Under the pieces are notes generated by a model. The model saw only the letters and a list, made by a program, of their open reading frames with translations, was not told the DNA's origin and did not search any database. This document shows, in pieces, positions 9,174 to 18,944 of a stretch of DNA of 64,000 nt. Position 1 is the stretch's first letter. Each line of letters opens with the position of its first letter. The translations under genes were made by a program, and so were the position numbers. This DNA is from Bacteroidales bacterium (GTDB lineage Bacteria; Bacteroidota; Bacteroidia; Bacteroidales; UBA932): positions 32,263 to 96,262 of the forward strand of contig JAFSBV010000024.1 of assembly GCA_017437125.1 (NCBI GenBank), written 5' to 3'.

Positions 9174-11387
9174 ATGAAAAGATTTTTAAACGCAATCATG
9201 CTCATATCGGTACTGGCGCTTGCATCATGCAGCACAGAGCCGAAGAGCGATATCGACAGAAAGGTCGATGAACTTCTTTCAAAGATGACCCTTCACGAGA
9301 AGGTAGGTCAGATGAACCAGCTTTCCGGCGGAGCATGGCTTGTGGATCAGGCTGCGAAGGGAGAGGTCGGCTCGATTCTCAACTGCGTGGATCCGGCAGA
9401 GATCAATGCCGTGCAGAAGGCTGCGGTGGAGGAAAGCCGTCTGGGTATTCCTATCCTCGTGAGCCGTGACGTGATCCACGGATTCAGGACAATATTCCCT
9501 ATCCCTCTCGGACAGGCGGCTACATTCGACCCTGCAATAGTGGAAAAGGGTGCACGAATTGCTGCTGTCGAGGCTACTGCAAGCGGTGTAAGATGGACAT
9601 TCTCGCCTATGCTTGACATTGCACGTGATCCGCGTTGGGGCCGCGTAGCCGAAGGTTCCGGTGAAGATCCGTATCTTGATGCACTCATGGGTGTGGCCAT
9701 GGTGAAGGGATATCAGGGTGATGACCTCAGCGATCCTACATCTCTGGCAGCCTGCATCAAGCATTTTGTAGGTTATGGTGCAGCCGAGGGTGGTCGTGAT
9801 TATAATACTACAATGATTTCAGAGCGCTCGCTCCGCAATACGTATTTCCCTGCATTCAAGGCTACTGCAGAGGCAGGTGCTGCGACTCTCATGACATCCT
9901 TCAATGAGATAGACGGTATTCCTTCTACAGGAAACAAGTGGCTTCTCAAGGACATCCTCCGCGACGAATGGGGATGGGACGGAATGGTAGTCACTGACTG
10001 GAATTCAGCAGGTGAGATGATCGCTCATGGCTTCTCACGTGACCTCAAGCATACTGCGGAACAGGCAATCAATGCCGGTGTAGATATGGACATGATGTCA
10101 TATGGCTTCATCCAGTATGTCGAGGAACTCGTGAAGGAGGGAAAGGTTTCCGAGAAGGAAATCGACCGCGCCGTACGTAATATCCTGAAGCTCAAGTTCG
10201 AGCTCGGTCTCTTTGAGAACCCATATGTCGATGAGACAGCTTCTGCAAAGATAGACTATGCTCCTGAGCATCTCGAAGCTGCAAAGCAGTGCGCGATAGA
10301 GTCTGCTGTCCTCATCAAGAATGACGGTGTTCTTCCGCTTTCAGGTGCAAAGACGATCCTTGTTACCGGTCCGCTTGCAGACGCTCCGTATGAGCAGATG
10401 GGAACATGGGCATTCGACGGCCAGAAGGAACATACAGTCACTCCTCTTGCAGCTCTCCGTCAGGAATATGACGTGATATGGGAGCCGGGACTGGACTACA
10501 GCCGTGACAAGGATATGTCGGATTTCGCAAAGGTGCGCAGGGCAGCTTCGAGGGCAGATGCCGCTGTGGTATTTGTCGGTGAGGAAGCCATCCTTTCAGG
10601 AGAGGCGCATTCTCTTTCGAACCTCAATCTCCAGGGCGCTCAGAGCGAACTCATCGCAGAGGTGGCAAAGGCTGGAAAACCTGTTGTGGCAGTCGTTATC
10701 GCAGGACGTCCTCTTACAATCGAGCGTGATCTCGCAAACTGTGATGCAATGCTTTATTCTTTCCATCCTGGTACGATGGGAGGCCCTGCTCTTGCAGATC
10801 TCATAAAGGGTAAGGCAGTTCCTTCAGGAAAGCTTCCGATGACATTCCTCCGCGATGCGGGACAGGCTCCGTTCTATTACAACCATAACAACAGCGGACG
10901 TCCATGCAACGGTACAGAGACTCTTCTGAACGATATTCCTATCGCTGCAGGCCAGACATCTCTCGGATGTACATCATATTACCTTGATACAGGATATGGC
11001 CCTCTCTTACCGTTCGGATACGGACTTTCATATACGACATTCGAATATGGAAAACCTTCCGTAGAGAAGGCTGAACTTGGCCGTGACGACGTCCTCAAGG
11101 TAAGCTTCGAGCTGAAGAACACAGGTAAGTACGAAGGTACTGAAGTCGCTCAGCTCTATGTTCAGGACAAGGTCGGATCTGTCGTACGTCCTGTAAGGGA
11201 ACTCAAGAGATTCGAGAGAGTGACACTTGCTCCGGGCGAGTCGAGAACCGTTACATTCGAACTCCCTGTTTCAGAGCTCGCATTCTGGAACATCGACATG
11301 GAATATGTTGTGGAACCGGGAGATTTCAGACTTTGGGTGGCAGGAGATTCTGCTTCCGGAACCCCTGTGGATTTTATCGTGAAATAA
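9174..11387 (+). CDS. GH3 beta-glucosidase (BglX-like) lipoprotein (737 aa)
   Basis: Lipobox LASC; RDPRWGRVAEGSGEDP, KHFVGYG, nucleophile motif VVTDW; C-terminal Fn3-like domain. Confidence 0.95.
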   Translation: MKRFLNAIMLISVLALASCSTEPKSDIDRKVDELLSKMTLHEKVGQMNQLSGGAWLVDQAAKGEVGSILNCVDPAEINAVQKAAVEESRLGIPILVSRDVIHGFRTIFPIPLGQAATFDPAIVEKGARIAAVEATASGVRWTFSPMLDIARDPRWGRVAEGSGEDPYLDALMGVAMVKGYQGDDLSDPTSLAACIKHFVGYGAAEGGRDYNTTMISERSLRNTYFPAFKATAEAGAATLMTSFNEIDGIPSTGNKWLLKDILRDEWGWDGMVVTDWNSAGEMIAHGFSRDLKHTAEQAINAGVDMDMMSYGFIQYVEELVKEGKVSEKEIDRAVRNILKLKFELGLFENPYVDETASAKIDYAPEHLEAAKQCAIESAVLIKNDGVLPLSGAKTILVTGPLADAPYEQMGTWAFDGQKEHTVTPLAALRQEYDVIWEPGLDYSRDKDMSDFAKVRRAASRADAAVVFVGEEAILSGEAHSLSNLNLQGAQSELIAEVAKAGKPVVAVVIAGRPLTIERDLANCDAMLYSFHPGTMGGPALADLIKGKAVPSGKLPMTFLRDAGQAPFYYNHNNSGRPCNGTETLLNDIPIAAGQTSLGCTSYYLDTGYGPLLPFGYGLSYTTFEYGKPSVEKAELGRDDVLKVSFELKNTGKYEGTEVAQLYVQDKVGSVVRPVRELKRFERVTLAPGESRTVTFELPVSELAFWNIDMEYVVEPGDFRLWVAGDSASGTPVDFIVK

Positions 11388-11388
11388 T

Positions 11389-13047
11389 ATGAAACGCTGT
11401 TTTCTGATATCTTTGATGTTCTTGTCCCTGCTTCTCATCGGATGCAGGGAGGAGATCAATGCCTCTGAACCGGAGGAAGTGCCAGCAGGATACCTCGAGT
11501 TGCTTGAAGCATATGATGCGGGAATGAAGTTCATTTCGGCTGAACATGTGCCAGGAAACTGTGTCGTGACCTTTGAAGAAGGGCTGAAGGTCACTGTCCC
11601 CGAAACGTCATTCCTGATCGATGACTGTAGAGAAAAGGAGCCGGTAAGATATTGGGCGGCAGGAGGATGGTGGCGCAAGGATGACCTTGTCCTTGGAATC
11701 AAGGCTGATGCATCCCTTCCAAAGGAGGAAGCCTTGCCTGTATATGTGTATTTCGATGAAATGACACTATACATGAAGATCAGCAATTATGACTTGCTGG
11801 TATTCCCGAGCGTGGCTCTTGAAGAGGAGGAGAAGAGGCAGGAAGAGCTGGCCAAGAAGCAGAACATACCGGTAGTAAGAATCACTACTGACGGCAATGC
11901 CCCTATTCTTGACAAGAAGAATTATGTCAAGGGAACCATCACCATTTCGGATCCGGAAAAGCATTATAGCGATTCCACTCATTTCAATGCCAGAATGGGC
12001 ATCAGGGGCCGAGGCAATTCTACATGGGGATGGCCTAAGAAGCCTTGGAAGGTGAAACTTGAAGAAAAGGCTTCTCTTCTCGGAATGCCTGCCGACAAGG
12101 AATGGGCGCTGCTTGCGAACTATGCGGACAGGACCCTCATGCGCAACATCGTGGCATTGAAGATTTCGGAAATATGCGGTTTCAAATGGACGCCTCGCCT
12201 TCGCAGTGTCGAAGTATATCTTAATAACCAGTATCAGGGTGTATATACGCTTTGCGAGCATAAGAAGGTTTCTTCGGACAGGGTTGACATCGACGTGGCT
12301 GACGAGAACGATGCTCCGGAAGCAGGCGGCTATTACCTCGAAATGGAGGAAAATCAGGATGAGACCACATGCTGGTGGACAGGAATGGGTGTTCCTATGA
12401 TGTTCAGCGAGCCTGAAGTTCCGACTCCTGCACAGCTGGAATATGTAAAGAAGCTTTTCAAGGATTTCGAGGCATCGCTTTACAGCAGCGAAATGGCTGA
12501 TCCAGAAAAAGGCTACGCCGCATATATTGACGTGGATTCCTTCATAAACTATTATATATTGCAGGAGCTGGTAAAGAACATCGACGGCAATCTCCGCAAG
12601 AGCTCTTTCATAACGATAGAGGCAGGAGGAAAGATGGAGATGTACCATGTATGGGATTTCGACCTGACCTTAGGCAACTGCGGATATTTTGACGGATCTG
12701 TGGGAAACGGGCCTGAAGGCTTCTGGATCAAGGATTTCACTTCAGGATGCTGGAAGGGAGACAACTGGTTCAACCTTATGATGAAGGATCCTGCATTCAC
12801 GGCCAGACTGAAGACCAGATGGAATGAGCTGAAGCCGGAGCTCTCGACGATTTCCGGATTCATCGACGATCAGGCTGTCGTTCTGGGCAAGGCTCAGGAA
12901 AGGAATTTCAAGAAATGGAATATAAACAGCTCTGTTGACTGGGTGAAGTTCCCTTCGCTGGGCTCATATGAAAAGGAAGTCGATTATCTCAGATATTTCT
13001 ATACTGAAAGACTGGATTGGCTTGATAAGGAAATTAACAGACTATAA
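11389..13047 (+). CDS. CotH-family atypical kinase lipoprotein (552 aa)
   Basis: Lipobox LIGC; RGRGNSTW..PKKPWKVKL, WALLANYADRTLMRN, VEVYLNNQYQGVYTLCE, NIDG, and VWDFDLTLGN motifs characteristic of CotH. Confidence 0.88.
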   Translation: MKRCFLISLMFLSLLLIGCREEINASEPEEVPAGYLELLEAYDAGMKFISAEHVPGNCVVTFEEGLKVTVPETSFLIDDCREKEPVRYWAAGGWWRKDDLVLGIKADASLPKEEALPVYVYFDEMTLYMKISNYDLLVFPSVALEEEEKRQEELAKKQNIPVVRITTDGNAPILDKKNYVKGTITISDPEKHYSDSTHFNARMGIRGRGNSTWGWPKKPWKVKLEEKASLLGMPADKEWALLANYADRTLMRNIVALKISEICGFKWTPRLRSVEVYLNNQYQGVYTLCEHKKVSSDRVDIDVADENDAPEAGGYYLEMEENQDETTCWWTGMGVPMMFSEPEVPTPAQLEYVKKLFKDFEASLYSSEMADPEKGYAAYIDVDSFINYYILQELVKNIDGNLRKSSFITIEAGGKMEMYHVWDFDLTLGNCGYFDGSVGNGPEGFWIKDFTSGCWKGDNWFNLMMKDPAFTARLKTRWNELKPELSTISGFIDDQAVVLGKAQERNFKKWNINSSVDWVKFPSLGSYEKEVDYLRYFYTERLDWLDKEINRL

Positions 13048-13050
13048 GAT

Positions 13051-14589
13051 ATGTTCAGATTCAGATTACTTGTTGTATCGGTTCTTTTCAGTCTTTGCGC
13101 ATGCAACTGTACTGAAGGGGGTAAGAACGGCCCGGAAGATCCGGACGTGACTGTTGACGGGACAAAGGACGTGACTGCATATGTGACGACTGCAGACATG
13201 AAGAATCTCTTCAGGAAGTCTTCTTTTGATTTTTCAGACCTGAATGTTCTCAATTCCTATAATGTAAGATATGACAAGACCGCTCTCGGCAAGGAGATAG
13301 ACGGTTTCGGCCTCGCTGTGACGACTGCTACCTGCTATAATCTCATGAAAATGGTGCCGGAGGACAGGACTGCCTTCCTGAAGGAGATGTTCTCTCCGAC
13401 CGAGGGTATAGGCTCAAACCTCATCCGTGTTTCCATCGGTGCATCGGATTTCTGCCTTCATGAGGAATATACATGGTGTGACAAGCCGGGACTTGAGAAT
13501 TTTGCCGTCCATCAGGAGGACAAGGATTATCTTTTCCCTATACTGAAGGAAATATATGCCATCAATCCTGATGTGAAGATAATAGCATCTCCATGGTCAT
13601 GCCCGAAATGGATGAAATGCCGGGTGCCGGGAGGAAACGACTGGAACGCTTCGAAGTTCAATACTCCTGTAACCGAGGAAAAGGACTATGATTCATGGAC
13701 AGGAGGCCGTCTCAAGCCTTCATGTTATCAGACATATGCTGACTATTTCGTGAAGTGGGTTCAGGTCATGGAAGGTGAGGGGTTTGATATCCATGCTCTT
13801 ACCATGCAGAACGAACCGCTCAATCCAGGCAATTCGATGTCTCTCGTAATGCCATGGCAGGATCAGAAGGAATTCGTCAAGATCCTCGGTCCGGCTATGG
13901 AGAAAGCTGGTCTCGGTGATGTCCAGCTCCTGCTGTTTGACCATAACTTCAACTATGACGACAAGTCCGGACAGGACAATTATCCGCTGAACATTTATGC
14001 CGATCCTGAGGCTTACAGATGGTCTGACGGCTCTGCATGGCACAGCTATGGCGGATCGGTGAACGAGCTTGACGAGATACAGGCCACATATCCCGAGAAG
14101 TCGATATATTTCACGGAGGCCTCGATAGGCGAGTGGAATTATAATTTCGCGAACTGCCTCCTGAATGACTTTTCATCGCTTTTCCTCGGAACCCTGAAAA
14201 GAAACGGTCAGGGAGTGACTTTGTGGAATATGATGCTTGACGACAAGAACGGCCCGTACAGTCCGCAGGACGGCTCTTGCAAGACATGTTACGGAGGAGT
14301 GACCATCCAGTCTTCCGACTACAGCACGATTGTCAGGAACAGTCATTGGTACAATGTGGCACATGCATCCAAAGTTGTCAGGCCGGGCGCAAGGAAGATG
14401 GACATTTCCGGATTCTCATTCCCATCCGGTTTCCAGTGCCAGATGTTCCTCAATACGGACGGAACCATAGGAGTGCTTATGCTCAACGATCAGGCTTCTG
14501 CCCAGCAGATCGTATTTATAAATGATGAATTCACCGTGAGATATTCCGTTCCTGCCAGATCGATCGTATCTCTTGCATGGAAGGAATAA
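13051..14589 (+). CDS. GH30 glycoside hydrolase, likely endo-beta-1,6-glucanase (GH30_3-like) lipoprotein (512 aa)
   Basis: Cys-containing signal; IRVSIGASDF, ASPWSCPKWMK, acid/base QNEP and nucleophile YFTE motifs; context in a beta-glucan PUL. Confidence 0.88.
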   Translation: MFRFRLLVVSVLFSLCACNCTEGGKNGPEDPDVTVDGTKDVTAYVTTADMKNLFRKSSFDFSDLNVLNSYNVRYDKTALGKEIDGFGLAVTTATCYNLMKMVPEDRTAFLKEMFSPTEGIGSNLIRVSIGASDFCLHEEYTWCDKPGLENFAVHQEDKDYLFPILKEIYAINPDVKIIASPWSCPKWMKCRVPGGNDWNASKFNTPVTEEKDYDSWTGGRLKPSCYQTYADYFVKWVQVMEGEGFDIHALTMQNEPLNPGNSMSLVMPWQDQKEFVKILGPAMEKAGLGDVQLLLFDHNFNYDDKSGQDNYPLNIYADPEAYRWSDGSAWHSYGGSVNELDEIQATYPEKSIYFTEASIGEWNYNFANCLLNDFSSLFLGTLKRNGQGVTLWNMMLDDKNGPYSPQDGSCKTCYGGVTIQSSDYSTIVRNSHWYNVAHASKVVRPGARKMDISGFSFPSGFQCQMFLNTDGTIGVLMLNDQASAQQIVFINDEFTVRYSVPARSIVSLAWKE

Positions 14590-14616
14590 TGGATTGAAAC
14601 TAAAACTGATGATCAT

Positions 14617-16839
14617 ATGAAGAATACAGCCAGATTAATCGCCATCATTTCGCTTTCGGCTTCAGTCGCTTCGTGCTGCCAGGCTCCAAAGTCTGAAGGC
14701 CCTGTCTATCTTGATGACAGCCAGCCTATAGAGGCACGTGTCGAGGATGCTCTTTCACGTATGACTCTTGAAGAGAAGGTCAAGGTAATCCACGCGCAGT
14801 CGAAATTCTCTTCAGCAGGTGTTCCCCGCCTCGGCATCCCTGAGTTATGGACGACGGACGGCCCTCATGGAATCCGTCCTGAAGTGCTCTGGGACGAATG
14901 GGATCAGGCAGGATGGACAAATGACTCCTGCGTCGCTTTCCCTGCACTTACATGCCTTGCCGCAACGTGGAACGAAGATATGTCCGCCCTTTACGGTAAG
15001 TCTATCGGAGAAGAGGCCCGCTTCCGTGAGAAGGATATTCTTCTCGGTCCGGGCGTCAATATATACAGGACTCCGCTCAACGGCCGTAATTTCGAATATA
15101 TGGGCGAAGATCCGTATCTCGCTTCAAGGATGGTGGTTCCATATGTTCAGGAAGTTCAGAAGAACGGTGTGGCTGTCTGCGTAAAGCACTACGCATTGAA
15201 CAATCAGGAATCTAAAAGACATGAATATGACGCTGTCGTTGATGACAGGACCCTCTATGAAATATATCTCCCAGCCTTCAAGGCTGCGGTTCAGGAAGGT
15301 GGTGCATGGTCGATCATGGGTGCATATAACTTCTACAAAGGCCAGCATGCATGTCATAACGAGTATCTTCTCAATGATATTCTGAAGGGAGAATGGGGAT
15401 TCGACGGAGTTGTGATTTCGGACTGGGGCGGAACTCACGAGACGGATCAGGCCATAACAAACGGACTTGATCTTGAGTTCGGCACATGGACTGACGGTCT
15501 TACAATGGGTGCTACAAACGGTTACGATGCATATTATCTTGCAGATCCGTATCTTGAGAAGCTCCGTAACGGAACCGCTTCCGAGGATGTCCTCGATGAC
15601 AAGGTACGCAGAGTCCTCCGACTCATGTTCCGCACAGCCATGAATAATGACAAGCCTGCAGGATCCATGTGCTCACCTGAGCATTATGATGCAGCCAGAA
15701 AGATCGCAGGAGAGGGTATCGTGCTTCTCAAGAATGACAATGATGTCCTTCCGATAGACCTTTCTTCTGCAGGCAAGATCGCCGTTATCGGTGAAAATGC
15801 CATAAAGATGATGACTGTAGGCGGAGGTTCTTCATCACTCAAGGCTCAGCATGAATGCACTCCTCTCGAGGGTCTGATCGCTGCTGCCGGAGACAGGATC
15901 GTATATGAAAGAGGATATGTAGGTGATGTAAGCGGCAGCTATAACGGTGTGGTTACAGGCCAGGATCTTTCCGAGAGCCGTTCCGAGGAACAGCTTATCG
16001 CTGACGCTGTGGCCCTTGCAAAGACAGCTGATGCAGTGATTTTTGTAGGAGGTCTCAATAAGGCTTCTCATCAGGACTGCGAGGATTCCGACAGATATCA
16101 TCTCGAGCTTCCTTACGCTCAGGACAAGGTGATCGAGGCCCTTGCTGAAGCAAATCCTAATCTTGCCGTCGTGATCATCTCAGGTAATGCCGTTGCAATG
16201 CCTTGGATCGACAATGTGAACGCAGTCGTGGAAGGCTGGTATATCGGATCGCAGATGGGACATGCATTGGCTGACGTGCTTTTTGGAAAGGTTAATCCAT
16301 CCGGCAAGCTTCCTTTCACATTCCCTGCGAAGCTCGAGGATAACGGCGCTCATGCATTGAATGCATATGATCCTGCCGATCTTTCGGTTGAATATAAGGA
16401 AGGAATATATGTCGGCTATCGCTGGGCAGAAAAGCAGAATATCAAGCCTCTGTTCGCATTCGGACATGGATTGAGCTATACTGATTTCACATACGGTGAT
16501 GCTGAGTGTGCGAAGGCTTCTGTCAAGGCCGGAAGCAATGTCACTGTTAGTGTCGATGTGACCAACTCCGGAAAGGTTGCCGGAAAGGAAGTCGTTCAGC
16601 TTTATATCGGTGACGACGAGTCGTCTGTTGACCGTCCGGTAAAGGAACTCAAGGGATTCAGGAAGATTTCTCTCGAGCCAGGCGAGACAAAGACCGTCAC
16701 ATTCACCATCGAGCCTGACATGCTCAAGTATTTCGATGCGGCAAAGCATGAATGGGTGCTTGAAAACGGCAAATTCACTGCATATGTGGGTTCTGCATCC
16801 GATGATATCAGGACCACAGTACAATTTGAAGTCAGATGA
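14617..16839 (+). CDS. GH3 beta-glucosidase (second, different subfamily; 740 aa)
   Basis: Lipobox VASC; RTPLNGRNFEYMGEDP, KHYALNNQE, VISDW; Fn3-like C-terminus. Confidence 0.95.
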   Translation: MKNTARLIAIISLSASVASCCQAPKSEGPVYLDDSQPIEARVEDALSRMTLEEKVKVIHAQSKFSSAGVPRLGIPELWTTDGPHGIRPEVLWDEWDQAGWTNDSCVAFPALTCLAATWNEDMSALYGKSIGEEARFREKDILLGPGVNIYRTPLNGRNFEYMGEDPYLASRMVVPYVQEVQKNGVAVCVKHYALNNQESKRHEYDAVVDDRTLYEIYLPAFKAAVQEGGAWSIMGAYNFYKGQHACHNEYLLNDILKGEWGFDGVVISDWGGTHETDQAITNGLDLEFGTWTDGLTMGATNGYDAYYLADPYLEKLRNGTASEDVLDDKVRRVLRLMFRTAMNNDKPAGSMCSPEHYDAARKIAGEGIVLLKNDNDVLPIDLSSAGKIAVIGENAIKMMTVGGGSSSLKAQHECTPLEGLIAAAGDRIVYERGYVGDVSGSYNGVVTGQDLSESRSEEQLIADAVALAKTADAVIFVGGLNKASHQDCEDSDRYHLELPYAQDKVIEALAEANPNLAVVIISGNAVAMPWIDNVNAVVEGWYIGSQMGHALADVLFGKVNPSGKLPFTFPAKLEDNGAHALNAYDPADLSVEYKEGIYVGYRWAEKQNIKPLFAFGHGLSYTDFTYGDAECAKASVKAGSNVTVSVDVTNSGKVAGKEVVQLYIGDDESSVDRPVKELKGFRKISLEPGETKTVTFTIEPDMLKYFDAAKHEWVLENGKFTAYVGSASDDIRTTVQFEVR

Positions 16840-16887
16840 TTCTATTTGGTTAGTTAACCAAACTTGTTATTAGATAGGTTAGAACGT

Positions 16888-16924
16888 AATTGGCCTTGCC
16901 TGTGAAGGTAGGGCCAATTTTCTT
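16888..16924 (+). terminator. Intrinsic terminator ending PUL1
   Basis: 14-bp stem AATTGGCCTTGCCT-GTGA-AGGTAGGGCCAATT followed by a T-rich tail. Confidence 0.8.
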
Positions 16925-16957
16925 GTCATTACTATTGGTTTATAAAATAAACTTGTT

Positions 16958-16965
16958 TATATTTG
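16958..16965 (+). promoter_or_regulatory. -7 promoter box
   Basis: TATATTTG upstream of the 17054 ORF. Confidence 0.6.
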
Positions 16966-17053
16966 CACTGTCATCGCGGGACAATGCTTCCGATCTTCCC
17001 GTCCGGAAGGGGAGTGAAGAAGCTGGAAATGTTTAATTATTAAATCTTTAGAG

Positions 17054-17632
17054 ATGGAAACAAATGAAATGACACCTGAGAAGAGCCTTCAGGTAATCAG
17101 CGATGCGATCGCAAGAAGCAGGAAAGATTTTGAAAAGAATGCCGGTGCGCCTATGATTTTGTGGGGAGTGGTAGTGCTTGTGTTTTCTATAGTCATATGG
17201 CTGTTGCTAAGAGCGACGGAAAACCATATGTGGAATTTCCTCTGGTTCGGAATTCCGGTTGTCGGATGGCCTCTGTCGCATTTCTGCCTTAAGGACAGGT
17301 GTGTGAAGGGAGCAAAGAACTTTATAAACGACACCATAGCACAAATATGGGCAGGATATGGTCTCTTTGCAACAGTGACAGCTTTGCTTATGGTATTTGT
17401 TGCCGCACAGCATATAGGCCCGATTGTCATTGCATTGCTCGGATATGGTGCATTCATGACCGGAATGGTTCTGAAGAACGGTTATATCACAGCAGGAGGA
17501 ATCATAACCGGAATCGGAGGAGCAGTGCTGCTTTATGCCCTTGATTCTTATGATTCAGCCTTGATATTTGCCGTTGCGGCCTTGGTATCATTGATCCTGC
17601 CGGGCATTATGATAAACCGCAAGAACAGATAG
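17054..17632 (+). CDS. Hypothetical integral membrane protein (192 aa, about 6 TM segments)
   Basis: Alternating hydrophobic stretches; N-terminal 'SLQVISDAIARSRK' amphipathic helix; 4 bp from the downstream HTH gene. Confidence 0.8.
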   Translation: METNEMTPEKSLQVISDAIARSRKDFEKNAGAPMILWGVVVLVFSIVIWLLLRATENHMWNFLWFGIPVVGWPLSHFCLKDRCVKGAKNFINDTIAQIWAGYGLFATVTALLMVFVAAQHIGPIVIALLGYGAFMTGMVLKNGYITAGGIITGIGGAVLLYALDSYDSALIFAVAALVSLILPGIMINRKNR

Positions 17633-17636
17633 AGAT

Positions 17637-17918
17637 ATGTTCAAGAAACTGGACCCTTTACTTCATTCAGAACTGCGTCTTGCAGTGATGTCGCTGCTGG
17701 TCGAACTTGAGGAGGCGGACTTCGTCTATCTCAGGGAGACCACCCATGCAACGGCAGGCAATTTGAGCGTCCAGCTGGACAAACTGTCGGAAGCCGGCTA
17801 CATATCCGTCGAAAAGACATTCGAAGGCAAGAAGCCGCGCACGATCTGCCGCATAACTCCCGTCGGCCTCCAGGCCTTCGAGAATTATGTCGATGCTCTC
17901 AAATCTTATCTGAAATAG
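17637..17918 (+). CDS. Winged-helix transcriptional regulator (MarR/ArsR-like, HTH_34 type; 93 aa)
   Basis: LDPLLHSELRLAVMSLL...F..L......T.GNLS.QL.KL.EAGYI...K.F.GKKPRT pattern. Confidence 0.88.
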   Translation: MFKKLDPLLHSELRLAVMSLLVELEEADFVYLRETTHATAGNLSVQLDKLSEAGYISVEKTFEGKKPRTICRITPVGLQAFENYVDALKSYLK

Positions 17919-17962
17919 CTGGATGGCGTGCGTAGTATCTAAGCTTTGAGTATCAGCTTATT

Positions 17963-18006
17963 TTCGTAACCTCCTGCTCCCCTTTGGTGGCAGGAGGTTT
18001 TGCGAA
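17963..18006. terminator. Hairpin downstream of the HTH gene (possible terminator)
   Basis: AACCTCCTGC-N12-GCAGGAGGTT perfect 10-bp stem with an imperfect outer extension; weak U-tail. Confidence 0.45.
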
Positions 18007-18076
18007 CCGTCTGATTGCCAGGCGTTTAGGTGCCACCGACTTCTCCTCATTACTGAATCTGGCCTCGATTTCAGGC

Positions 18077-18161
18077 GTCCGGAGGGACGGAAGATTCGTC
18101 TCGCGGAATACAATCCGCCTCCGGCGGCTCAACGCTCGCCTCATCTCCCGTCCCTCCGGAC
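18077..18161. repeat. GC-rich 85-bp element with 14-bp perfect terminal inverted repeats (MITE/REPIN-like)
   Basis: GTCCGGAGGGACGG (18077-18090) and CCGTCCCTCCGGAC (18148-18161). Confidence 0.55.
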
Positions 18162-18238
18162 TGTGTCTGATCCCAAAACAGGATTATTGATGGTCTGTAG
18201 TCTGGGTGTTTTTTATAACTGTGCGAATTACAGCGGTT

Positions 18239-18282
18239 TAGCTGTTCGTTGGTGGGCGAATTTCCCCACCAATGAACAGCTA
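18239..18282. repeat. 18-bp stem palindrome
   Basis: TAGCTGTTCGTTGGTGGG-N8-CCCACCAATGAACAGCTA (one G-T pair). Confidence 0.6.
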
Positions 18283-18808
18283 TTCTATTGAATGTCAGTA
18301 AGATATATTTTACGGGCTTGGGCCGAAATACTGCCTTGTGCCTGACTCGCATCATAGCCTTAAACAGCTTGGCAATAAAACACCATAAAACCGTCCGAGC
18401 TGTATTGGAACAAGCTCATTTGCATCACTTTTCATAGTAGCTCGGTCAAGTTTTCGCCCTTTCTCGTTCAAGCTGTATATTATTTTTATATCTTTGTCAT
18501 GTTTCGGTGTTACAGCTGAGCACATATACATATTAGAAAGTGTTTTCGCACTGTCCTTAACAGAAAATGTGGAAGTTTTCAAAGTAACATGGACAATACG
18601 GACAACACTCATTCTTGTTTAGATAATGGCAGACTTCATGAGAATCAGACATGTAGTCGATACCCCATATCTATCCAAGTGTGGGGTGTCGTGTCGTTTA
18701 TTGTTACTTGGGTCTTTCCACAACCTTCTGTTAAATAAACGAATCAACCTCACACTTTCTTTATTATTAACATTTGTCGCTATTGAGGTTTGAGCTTAAC
18801 CTGTTATC

Positions 18809-18943
18809 ATGGAAGCAGTTAAGAACTACGGAGTGCCTGAAGAGGAATATCTGGCCCCAGAAGTTAATGTAATGTTGCTGAATTACGAAGGTGTGATCTG
18901 CAACAGTAATGAAATGTTGGACGAAACGGAAGGAGAGTGGTAG
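18809..18943 (+). CDS. Small 44-aa peptide (MEAVKNYGVPEEEYLAPEVNVMLLNYEGVICNSNEMLDETEGEW), below the ORF-track cutoff
   Basis: ATG 18809 to TAG 18943, 1 bp before the next ATG. The YxxP-E-V...EGVIC.S...acidic-W pattern resembles small ORFs I recall preceding Bacteroidales fimbrillin-type lipoproteins. Confidence 0.7.
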   Translation: MEAVKNYGVPEEEYLAPEVNVMLLNYEGVICNSNEMLDETEGEW

Positions 18944-18944
18944 T

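Noticed and set aside
18352-18738. Small ORFs 18352-18612 (minus, 86 aa) and 18589-18738 (plus, 49 aa)
   Set aside because: AT-rich, mutually overlapping, no motif or coupling to neighbours; cannot be supported without homology data.
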